64,000 bases of DNA from the human T2T-CHM13v2.0 reference genome, Homo sapiens, in the NCBI RefSeq assembly GCF_009914755.1, contig NC_060925.1; one strand, given 5' to 3'. Every line of letters starts with the position of its first letter. Positions within the stretch are counted from its first letter, which is position 1. The notes below the pieces were generated by a model. The model searched no databases. It was not told the DNA's origin and saw nothing but the letters and a program-made list of their open reading frames with translations. Positions 13,145 to 26,800 of the stretch are shown here, in pieces. Position numbers and translations under genes: made by a program.

Positions 13145-16100
13145 GAATGGACTCGAAAGGAATCATCTAATGGAATGGAATGGAATAATCCACGGACTCG
13201 AATGCAATCATCATCGTATAGAATTGAATGGAATCATCGAAAGGACTCGAATGGAATAACCATTGAACGGAATCGAATGGAATCATCATCGGATGGAAAC
13301 GAATGGAATCATCATCGAATGGAAATGAAAGGAGTCATCATCTAATGGAATTGCATGGAATCATCATCAAATGGAATCGAATGGAATCATCATCAAATGG
13401 AATCAAATGGAATCATTCAACGGAATTGAATGGAATCGTCATCGAATGAATTGAATGCAATCATCGAATGGTCTCGAATGGAATCATCTTCAAATGGAAT
13501 GGAATGGAATCATCGCATAGAATCGAATGGAATTATCATCGAATGGAATCGAATGGTATCAACATCAAACGGAAAAAAACGGAATTATCGAATGGAACCA
13601 AAGAGAATCTTCGAACGGACCCGAATGGAATCATCTAATGGAATGGAATGGAATAATCCATGGACTCGAATGCAATCATCATCGAATGGAATCGAATGGA
13701 ATCATTGAAAGGACTCGTATGGAATAATCATTGAACGGAATCGAATGGAATCATCATCGGATGGAAATGAATGGAATCATCATCGAATGGAATCGAATAG
13801 AATTATGGAATGAAATCCAGTGTGATCATCATCGAATGGACCCGAATGGAATCATCATCCAACGGAAGCTAATGGAATCAACATACAATGAATCGAATGG
13901 AAACACCATCGAATTGAAACGAATGGAATTACCATGAAATTGAAATGGATGGACTCATCATCGAATGGATTCCAATGGAATCATCGAATAAAATTGATTG
14001 AAATCATCATCGAATGGAATCGAATGGTATCATTGAATGGAATCGAATGGAATCATCATCAGATGGAAATGAATGGAATCGTCATAGAATGGAATCGAAT
14101 GGATTCATTGAATGGAATCAGATGGAATCATCGAATGGACTGGAATGGAATCATTGAATGGACTCGAAAGGGATCATTATTGAATGGAATTGAATGGAAT
14201 CATCGAATGGTCTCGATTGGAATCATTATCAAATGGAATCGAATGGAATCACCGAATAGAATCGAATGGAACAATCATCGAATGGACTCAAATGGAATTA
14301 TCCTCAAATAGAATCGAATGGAATTATCGAATGCAATCGAATGGAATTAACGAATGCAATCGAATAGAATCATCGAATGGACTCGAATGGAATCATCGAA
14401 TGGAATGGAATGGAACAGTCAATGAACTCGAATGGAATCATCATTGAATGGAATCGAATCGAATCATCGAGTGGAATCGAATGGAATTATGATCAAATGG
14501 AATCGAATGTAATCATCATCAAATGGAATCAAAAATAAACATCATCAATTGGTATTGAATGGAATTCTCATCAAATGGAATTCAAAGGAATCATCATCAA
14601 ATGGAACTGAATGGAATCCTCATTGAATGGAAATGAAAGGGGTCATCATCTAATGGAATCGCATGGAATCATCATCAAATGGAATCGAATGGAATCATCA
14701 TCAAATGGAATCTGATGGAATCATTGAACAGAATTGAATGGAATCGTCATCGAATGAATTGAATGCAATCATCGAATGGTCTCGAATGTAATCACATTCT
14801 AATGGAAAGGAATGGAATCATCGCATAGAATCGAATGGAATTAACATTGAATGGACTCGAATGGAATCAACATCAAACGGAATCAAGCGGAATTATCGAA
14901 TGGAATCGAAGAGAATCATCGAATGGTCTCGAATGGAATCATCTTCTAATGGAAAGGAATGGAATCATCGCATAGAATCGAATGGAATTAACATTGAATG
15001 GACTCGAATGGAATCAACATCAAATGGAATCAAGCGGAATTATCGAATGAAATCGAAGAGAATCATCGAATGGACTCGAATGGAATCATCTAATGGAATG
15101 GAATGGAATAATCCACGGACTCGAATGCAATCATCATCCTATAGAATCAAATGGAATCATCGAAAGGACTCGAATGGAATAACCATTGAACGGAATCGAA
15201 TGGAATCATCATCGGATGGAAACGAATGGAATCATCATCGAATGGAAATGAAATGAGTCATCATCTAATGGAATTGCATGGAATCATCATAAAATGGAAT
15301 CGAATGGAATCATCATCAAATGGAATCAAATGGAATCATTGAACGGAATTCAATGGAATCGTCATCGAATGAATTGAATGCAATCATCGAATGGTCTCGA
15401 ATGGAATCATCTTCAAATGGAATGGAATGGAATCATCGCATAGAATCGAATGGAATTATCATCGAATGGAATCGAATGGAATCAACATCAAACGGAAAAA
15501 AACGGAATTATCGAATGGAATCGAAGAGAATCATCGAATGGACCCGAATGGAATCATCTAATGGAATGGAATGGAATAATCCATGGACTCGAATGCAATC
15601 ATCATCGAATGGAATCGAATGGAATCATCGAATGGACTCGAATGGAATAATCATTGAACGGAATCGAATGGAATCATCATCGGATGGAAATGAATGGAAT
15701 CATCATCGAATGGAATCGAATAGAATTATGGAATGAAATCCAGTGCGATCATCATCGAATGGACCCGAATGGAATCATCATCCAACGGAAGCTAATGGAA
15801 TCAACATCGAATGAATCAAATGGAAACACCATCGAATTGAAACGAATGGAATTACCATGAAATTGAAATGGATGGACTCATCATCAAATGGATTCGAGTG
15901 GAATCATCGAATAAAATTGATTGAAATCATCATCGTATGGAATCGAATGGTATCATTGAATGGAATCGAATGGAATCATCTTCAGATGGAAATGAAAGGA
16001 ATCATCATAGAATGGAATCGAATGGATTCATTGAATGGAATCAGATGGAATCATTGAATGGACTGGAATGGAATCATTGAATGGACTCGAAAGGGATCAT

Positions 16101-17894
16101 TATTGAATGGAATTGAATGGAATCATCGAATGGTCTCGATTGGAATCATTATCAAATGGAATCGAATGGAATCACCAAATAGAATCGAATGGAACAATCA
16201 TCGAATGGACTCAAATGGAATTATCCTCAAATGGAATTGAATGGAATTATCGAATGCAATCAAATGGAATTATCGAATGCAATCGAATAGAATCATCGAA
16301 TGGACTCGAATGGAATCATCGAATGGAATGGAATGGAACAGTCAATGAACTCGAATGGAATCATCATTGAATGGAATCGAATGGAATCATCGAGTGGAAT
16401 CGAATGTAATCATCATCAAATGGAATCGAATGTAATCATCATCAAATGGAATCAAAAATAACCATCATCAGCTGGTATTGAATGGAATTCTCATCAAATG
16501 GAATTCAAAGGAATCATCATCAAATGGAACCGAATGGAATCCTCATTGAATGGAAATGAAAGGGGTCATCATCTAATGGAATCGCATGGAATCATCATCA
16601 AATGGAATCGAATGGAATCATCATCAAATGGAATCTAATGGAATCATTGAAAAGAATTGAATGGAATCGTCATCGAATGAATTGAATGCAATCATCGAAT
16701 GGTCTCGAATGGAATCATCTTCTAATGGAAAGGAATGGAATCATCGCATAGAATCGAATGGAATTATCATCGAATGGAATCGAATGGTATCAACACCAAA
16801 CGGAAAAAAACGGAATTATCGGATGGAATCGAAGAGAATCTTCGAACGGACCCGAATGGAATCATCTAATGGAATGAAATGGAATAATCCATGGACTCGA
16901 ATGCAATCATCATCGAATGGAATCGAATGGAATCATCGAATGGACTCGAATGGAATAATCATTGAACGGAATCGAATGGAATCATCATCGGATGGAAACG
17001 AATGGAATCATCATCGAATGGAAATGAAAGGAGTCATCATCTAATGGAATTGCATGGAATCATCATAAAATGGAAACGAATGGAATCAACATCAAATGGA
17101 ATCAAATGGAATCATTGAACGGAATTGAATGGAATCGTCATCGAATGAATTGACTGCAATCATCCAATGGTCTCGAATGGAATCATCTTCAAATGGAATG
17201 GAATGGAATCATCGCATAGAATCGAATGGAATTATCATCGAATGGAATCGAATGGAATCAACATCAAATGGAAAAAAACGGAATTATCGAATGGAATCGA
17301 AGAGAATCATCGAATGGACCCGAATGGAATCATCTAATGGAATGGAATGGAATAATCCATGGACTCGAATGCAATCATCATCGAATGGAATCGAATGGAA
17401 TCATCGAATGGACTCGAATGGAATAATCATTGAACGGAATCGAATGGAATCATCATCGGATGGAAATGAAAGGAGTCATCATCTAATGGAATTGCATGGA
17501 ATCATCATAAAATGGAATCGAATTGAATCAACATCAAATGGAATCAAATGGAATCATTGAACGGAATTGAATGGAATCGTCATCGAATGAATTGAATGCA
17601 ATCATCGAATGGTCTCGAATGGAATCATCTTCAAATGGAATGGAATGGAATCATCGCATAGAATCGAATGGAATTATCATCGAATGGAATCGAATGGAAT
17701 CAACATCAAACGGAAAAAAACGGAATTATCGAATGGAATCGAAGAGAATCATCGAATGGACCCGAATGGAATCATCTAATGGAATGGAATGGAATAATCC
17801 ATGGACTCGAATGCAATCATCATCGAATGGAATCGAATGGAATCATCGAATGGACTCGTATGGAATAATCATTGAACGGAATCGAATGGCATCG

Positions 17895-20800
17895 TCATCG
17901 GATGGAAATGAATGGAATCATCATCGAATGGAATCGAATAGAATTATGGAATGAAATCCAGTGTGATCATCATCGAATGGACCCGAATGGAATCATCATC
18001 CAACGGAAGCTAATGGAATCAACATCGAATGAATCGAATGGAAACACCATCGAATTGAAACGAATGGAATTAAAATGAAATTGAAATGGATGGACTCATC
18101 ATCGAATGGATTCGAATGGAATCATCGAATAAAATTGATTGAAATCATAATCGAATGGAATCGAATGGTATCATTGAATGGAATCGAATGGAATCATCAT
18201 CAGATGGAAATGAATGGAATCGTCATAGAATGGAATCGAATGGATTCATTGAATGGAATCAGATGGAATCATCGAATGGACTGGAATGGAATCATTGAAT
18301 GGACTCGAAAGGGATCATTATTGAATGGAATTGAATGGAATCATCGAATGGTCTCGATTGGAATCATTATCAAATGGAATCGAATGGATTCACCGAATAG
18401 AATCGAATGGAACAATCATCGAATGGACTCAAATGGAATTATCCTCCAATGGAATCGAATGGAATTATCGAATGCAATCGAATGGAATTATCGAATGCAA
18501 TCGAATAGAATCATCGAATGGACTCGAATGGAATCATCGAATGGAATGGAATGGAACAGTCAATGAACTCGAATGGAATCATCATTGAATGGAATCGAAT
18601 GGAATCATCGAGTGGAATCGAATGGAATTATGATCAAATGGAATCGACTGTAATCATCATCAAATGGAATCAAAAATAACCATCATCAACTGGTATTGAA
18701 TGGAATTCTCATCAAATGGAATTCAAAGGAATCATCATCAAATGGAACTGAATGGAATCCTCATTGAATGGAAATGAAAGTGGTCATCATCTAATGGAAT
18801 CGCATGGAATCATCATCAAATGGAATCGAATGGAATCATCATCAAATGGAATCTGATGGAATCATTGAACAGAATTGAATGGAATCGTCATCGAATGAAT
18901 TGAATGCAATCATCGAATGGTCTCGAATGTAATCACATTCTAATGGAAAGGAATGGAATCATCGCATAGAATCGAATGGAATTAACATTGAATGGACTCG
19001 AATGGAATCAACATCAAACGGAATCAAGCGGAATTATCGAATGGAATCGAAGAGAATCATCGAATGGACTCGAATGGAATCATCTAATGGAATGGAATGG
19101 AATAATCCACGGACTCGAATGCAATCATCATCGTATAGAATCGAATGGAATCATCGAATGGACTCGAATGGAATAACCATTGAACGGAATCGAATGGAAT
19201 CATCATCGGATGGAAACGAATGGAATCATCATCGAATGGAAATGAAAGGAGTCATCATCTAATGGAATTGCATGGAATCATCATAAAATGGAATCGAATG
19301 GAATCATCATCAAATGGAATCAAATGGAAGCATTGAACGGAATTGAATGGAATCGTCATCGAATGAATTGAATGCAACCATCGAATGATCTCGAATGGAA
19401 TCATCTTCAAATGGAATGGAATGGAATCATCGCATAGAATCGAATGGAATTATCATCGAATGGAATCGAATGGTATCAACATCAAACGGAAAAAAACGGT
19501 ATAATCGAATGGAATCAAAGAGAATCTTCGAATGGACCCGAATGGAATCATCTAATGGAATGGAATGGAATAATCCATGGACACGAATGCAATCATCATC
19601 GAATGGAATCGAATGGAATCATCGAATGGACTCGAATGGAATAATCATTGAACGGAATCGAATGGAATCATCATCGGATGGAAATGAAAGGAGTCATCAT
19701 CTAATGGAATTGCATGGAATCATCATAAAATGGAATCGAATGGAATCATCATCAAATGGAATCAAATGGAATCATTGAACGGAATTGAATGGAATCGTCA
19801 TCGAATGAATTGAATGCAATCATCGAATGGTCTCGAATGGAATCATCTTCAAATGGAATGGAATGGAATCATCGCATAGAATCGAATGGAATTATCATCG
19901 AATGGAATCGAATGGAATCAACATCAAACGGAAAAAAACGGAATTATCGAATGGAATCGAAGAGAATCATCGAATGGACCCGAATGGAATCATCTAATGG
20001 AATGGAATGGAATAATCCATGGACTCGAATGCAATCATCATCGAATGGAATCGAATGGAATCATCGAATGGACTCGAATGGAATAATCATTGAACGGAAT
20101 CGAATGGAATCATCATTGGATGGAAACGAATGGAATCATCATCGAATGGAAATGAAAGGAGTCATCATCTAATGGAATTGCATGGAATCATCATAAAATG
20201 GAATCGAATGGAATCAACATCAAATGGAATCAAATGGAATCATTGAACGGAATTGAATGGAATCGTCATCGAATGAATTGAATGCAATCATCGAATGGTC
20301 TCGAATGGAATCATCTTCAAATGGAATGGAATGGAATCATCGCATAGAATCGAATGGAATTATCATCGAATGGATTCGAATGGTATCAACATCAATCGGA
20401 AAAAAACGGAATTATCGAATGGAATCAAAGAGAATCTTCGAACGGACCCGAATGGAATCATCTAATGGAATGGAATGGAATAATCCATGGACTCGAATGC
20501 AATCATCGTCGAATGGAATCGAATGGAATCATTGAAAGGACTCGTATGGAATAATCATTGAACGGAATCGAATGGAATCATCATCGGATGGAAATGAATG
20601 GAATCATCATCGAATGGAATCGAATAGAATTATGGAATGAAATCCAGTGTGATCATCATCGAATGGACCCGAATGGAATCATCATCCAACGGAAGCTAAT
20701 GGAATCAACATCCAATGAATCGAATGGAAACACCATCGAATTGAAACGAATGGAATTATCATGAAATTGAAATGGATGGACTCATCATCGAATGGATTCG

Positions 20801-23800
20801 AATGGAATCATCGAATAAAATTGATTGAAATCATCATCCAATGGAATCGAATGGTATCATTGAATAGAATCGAATGGAATCATCATCAGATGGAAATGAA
20901 TGGAATCGTCATAGAATGGAATCGAATGGATTCATTGAATGGAATCAGATGGAATCATCGAATGGACTGGAATGGAATCATTGAATGGACTCGAAAGGGA
21001 TCATTATTGAATGGAATTGAATGGAATCATCGAATGGTCTCGATTGGAATCATTATCAAATGGAATCGAATGGAATCACCGAATAGAATCGAATGGAACA
21101 ATCATCGAATGGACTCAAATGGAATTATCCTCAAATAGAATCGAATGGAATTATCGAAAGCAATCGAATGGAATTATCAAATGCAATCGAATAGAATCAT
21201 CGAATGGACTCGAATGGAATCATCGAATGGAATGGAATGGAACAGTCAATAAACTCGAATGGAATCATCATTGAATGGAATCGAATGGAATCATCGAGTG
21301 GAATCGAATGGAATTATGATCAAATGGAATCGAATGTAATCATCATCAAATGGAATCAAAAATAACCATCATCAATTGGTATTGAATGGAATTGTCATCA
21401 AATGGAATTCAAAGGAATCATCATCAAATGGAACCGAATGGAATCCTCATTGAATGGAAATGAAAGGGGTCATCATCCAATGGAATCGCATGGAATCATC
21501 ATCAAATGGAATCGAATGGAATCATCATCAAATGGAATCTAATGGAATCATTGAAAGAATTGAATGGAATCATCATCGAATGAATTGAATGCAATCATCG
21601 AATGGTCTCGAATGGAATCATCTTCTAATGGAAAGGAATGGAATCATCGCATAGAATCGAATGGAATTGTCATCGAATGGAATCGAATGGTATCAACACC
21701 AAACGGAAAAAAACGGAATTATCGAATGGAATCGAAGAGAATCTTCGAACGGACCCGAATGGAATCATCTAATGGAAAGGAATGGAATAATCCATGGACT
21801 CGAATGCAATCATCATCGAATGGAATCGAATGGAATCATCGAATGGACTCGAATGGAATAATCCTTGAACGGAATCGAATGGAATCATCATCGGATGGAA
21901 ACGAATGGAATCATCATCGAATGGAAATGAAAGGAGTCATCATCTAATGGAATTGCATGGAATCATCATCAAATGGAATCGAATGGAATCAACATCAAAT
22001 GGAATCAAATGGAATCATTGAACGGAATTGAATGGAATCATCATCGAATGAATTGAATGCAATCATCGAATGGTCTCGAATGGAATCATCTTCAAATGGA
22101 ATGGAATGGAATCATCGCATAGAATCGAATGGAATTATCATCGAATGGAATCGAATGGAATCAACATCAAACGGAAAAAAACGTAATTATCGAATGGAAT
22201 CGAAGAGAATCATCGAATGGACCCGAATGGAATCATCTAATGGAAAGGAATGGAATAATCCATGGACTCGAATGCAATCATCATCGAATGGAATCGAATG
22301 GAATCATCGAATGGACTCGAATGGAATAATCATTGAACGGAATCGAATGGAATCATCATCGGATGGAAATGAATGGAATCATCATCGAATGGAATCGAAT
22401 AGAATTATGGAATGAAATCCAGTGTGATCATCATCGAATGGACCCGAATGGAATCATCATCCAACGGAAGCTAATGGAATCAACATCGAATGAATCAAAT
22501 GGAAACACCATCGAATTGAAACGAATGGAATTACCATGAAATTGAAATGGATGGACTCATCCTCAAATGGATTCGAATGGAATCATCGAATAAAATTGAT
22601 TGAAATCATCATCGAATGGAATCGAATGGTATCATTGAATGGAATCGAATGGAATCATCATCAGATGGAAATGAAAGGAATCGTCATAGAATGGAATCGA
22701 ATGGATTCATTGAATGGAATCAGATGGAATCATCGAATGGACTGGAATGGAATCATTGAATGGACTCGAAAGGGATCATTATTGAATGGAATTGAATGGA
22801 ATCATCGAATGGTCTCGATTGGAATCATTATCAAATGGAATCGAATGGAATCACCAAATAGAATCGAATGGAATAATCATCGAATGGACTCAAATGGAAT
22901 TATCCTCAAATGGAATTGAATGGAATTATCGAATGCAATCGAATGGAATTATCGAATGCAATCGAATAGAATCATCGAATGGACTCGAATGGAATCATCG
23001 AATGGAATGGAATGGAACAGTCAATGAACTCGAATGGAATCATCATTGAATGGAATCGAATGGAATCATCGAGTGGAATCGAATGTAATCATCATCAAAT
23101 GGAATCAAAAATAACCATCATCAAATGGAATCAAAAATAACCATCATCAATTGGTATTGAATGGAATTCTCATCAAATGGAATTCAAAGGAATCATCATC
23201 AAATGGAACCGAATGGAATCCTCATTGAATGGAAATGAAAGGGGTCATCATCTAATGGAATCGCATGGAATCATCATCAAATGGAATCGAATGGAATCAA
23301 CATCAAATGGAATCAAATGGAATCATTGAACAGAATTGAATGGAATCGTCATCGAATGAATTGAATGCAATCATCGAATGGTCTCGAATGGAATCATCTT
23401 CAAATGGAATGGAATGGAATCATCGCATAGAATCGAATGGAATTTTCATCGAATGGAATCGAATGGAATCAACATCAAACGGAAAAAAACGGAATTATCG
23501 AATGGAATCGAAGAGAATCACCGAATGGACCCGAATGGAATCATCTAATGGAATGGAATGGAATAATCCATGGACTCGAATGCAATCATCATCGAATGGA
23601 ATCGAATGGAATCATCGAATGGACTCGAATGGAATAATCATTGAACGGAATCGAATGGAATCATCATCGGATGGAAATGAATGGAATCATCATCGAATGG
23701 AATCGAATAGAATTATGGAATGAAATCCAGTGTGATCATCATCGAATGGACCCGAATGGAATCATCATCCAACGGAAGCTAATGGAATCAACATCGAATG

Positions 23801-26800
23801 AATCAAATGGAAACACCATCGAATTGAAACGAATGGAATTACCATGAAATTGAAATGGATGGACTCATCCTCAAATGGATTCGAGTGGAATCATCGAATA
23901 AAATTGATTGAAATCATCATCGAATGGAATCGAATGGTATCATTGAATGGAATCGAATGGAATCATCATCAGATGGAAATGAAAGGAATCGTCATAGAAT
24001 GGAATCGAATGGATTCATTGAATGGAATCAGATGGAATCATTGAATGGACTGGAATGGAATCATTGAATGGACTCGAAAGGGATCATTATTGAATGGAAT
24101 TGAATGGAATCATCGAATGGTCTCGATTGGAATCATTATCAAATGGAATCGAATGGTATCACCGAATATAATCGAATGGAACAATCATCGAATGGACTCA
24201 AATGGAATTATCCTCTAATGGAATTGAATGGAATTATCGAATGCAATCGAATGGAATTATCGAATGCAATCGAATAGAATCATCGAATGGACTCGAATGG
24301 AATCATCGAATGGAATGGAATGGAACAGTCAATGAACTCGAATGGAATCATCATTGAATGGAATCGAATGGAATCATCGAGTGGAATCGAATGTAATCAT
24401 CATCAAATGGAATCAAAAATAACCATCATCAAATGGAATCAAAAATAACCATCATCAATTGGTATTGAATGGAATTCTCATCAAATGGAATTCAAAGGAA
24501 TCATCATCAAATGGAACCGAATGGAATCCTCATTGAATGGAAATGAAAGGGGTCATCATCTAATGGAATCGCAAGGAATCATCATAAAATGGAATCGAAT
24601 GGAATCAACATCAAATGGAATCAAATGGAATCATTGAACGGAATTGAATGGAATCGTCATCGAATGAATTGAAAGCAATCATCGAATGGTCTCGAATGGA
24701 ATCATCTTCAAATGGAATGGAATGGAATCATCGCATAGAATCGAAAGGAATTATCATCGAATGGAATCGAATGGAATCAACACCAAACGGAAAAAAACGG
24801 AATTATCGAATGGAATCGAAGAGAATCATCGAATGGACCCGAATGGAATCATCTAATGGAATGGAATGGAATAATCCATGGACTCGAATGCAATCATCAT
24901 CGAATGGAATCGAATGGAATCATCCAATGGACTCGAATGGAATAATCATTGAACGGAATCGAATGGAATCATCATCGTATGGAAATGAATGGAATCATCA
25001 TCGAATGGAATCGAATAGAATTATGGAATGAAATCCAGTGTGATCATCATCGAATGGACCCGAATGGAATCATCATCCAACGGATGCTAATGGAATCAAC
25101 ATCGAATGAATTAAATGGAAACACCATCGAATTGAAACGAATGGAATTACCATGAAATTGAAATGGATGGACTCATCATCGAATGGATTCGAAAGGAATC
25201 ATCGAATAAAATTGATTGAAATCATCATCGAATGGAATCGAATGGTATCATTGAATGGAATCGAATGGAATCATCATCAGATGGAAATGAATGGAATCGT
25301 CATAGAATGGAATCGAATGGATTCATTGAATGGAATCAGATGGAATCATCGAATGGACTGGAATGGAATCATTGAATGGACTCGAAAGAGATCATGATTG
25401 AATGGAATTGAATAGAATCATCGAATGGTCTCGATTGGAATCATTATCAAATGGAATCGAATGGAATCACCGAATAGAATCGAATGGAACAATCATCGAA
25501 TGGACTCAAATGGAATTATCCTCCAATGGAATCGAATGGAATTATCGAATGCAATCGAATGGAATTATCGAATGCAATCGAATAGAATCATCGAATGGAC
25601 TCGAATGGAATCATCGAATGGAATGGAATGGAACAGTCAATGAACTCGAATGGAATCATCATTGAATGGAATCATCGAGTGGAATCGAAAGGAATTATGA
25701 TCAAATGGAATCGAACGTAATCATCATCAAATGGAATCAAAAATAACCATCATCAATTGGTATTGAATGGAATTGTCATCAAATGGAATTCAAAGGAATC
25801 ATCATCAAATGGAACCGAATGGAATCCTCATTGAATGGAAATGAAAGGGGTCATCATCTAATGGAATCGCATGGAATCATCATCAAATGGAATCGAATGG
25901 AATCATCATCAAATGGAATCTAATGGAATCATTGAAAAGAATTGAAGGGAGTCGTCATCGAATGAATTGAATGCAATCATCGAATGGTCTCGAATGGAAT
26001 CATCTTCTAATGGAAAGGACTGGAATCATCGCATAGAATCGAATGGAATTATCATCGAATGGAATCGAATGGTATCAACACCAAACGGAAAAAAACGGAA
26101 TTATCGAATGGAATCGAAGAGAATCTTCGAACGGACCCGAATGGAATCATCTAATGGAATGGAATGGAATAATCCATGGACTCGAATGCAATCATCATCG
26201 AATGGAATCGAATGGAATCATCGAATGGACTCGAATGGAATAATCATTGAACGGAATCGAATGGAATCATCATCGGATGGAAACGAATGGAATCATCATC
26301 GAATGGAAATGTAAGGAGTCATCATCTAATGGAATTGCATGGAATCATCATAAAATGGAATCGAATGGAATCAACATCAAATGGAATCAAATGGAATCAT
26401 TGAACGGAATTGAATGGAATCGTCATCGAATGAATTGAATGCAATCATCGAATGGTCTCGAATGGAATCATCTTCAAATGGAATGGAATGGAATCATCGC
26501 ATAGAATCGAATGGAATTATCATCGAATGGAATCGAATGGAATCAACATCAAACAGAAAAAAACGGAATTATCGAATGGAATCGAAGAGAATCATCGAAT
26601 GGACCCGAATGGAATCATCTAATAGAATGGAATGGAATAATCCATGGACTCGAATGCAATCATCATCGAATGGAATCGAATGGAATCATCGAATGGACTC
26701 GAATGGAATAATCATTGAACGGAATCGAATGGAATCATCATCGGATGGAAATGAATGGAATCATCATCGAATGGAATCGAATAGAATTATGGAATGAAAT

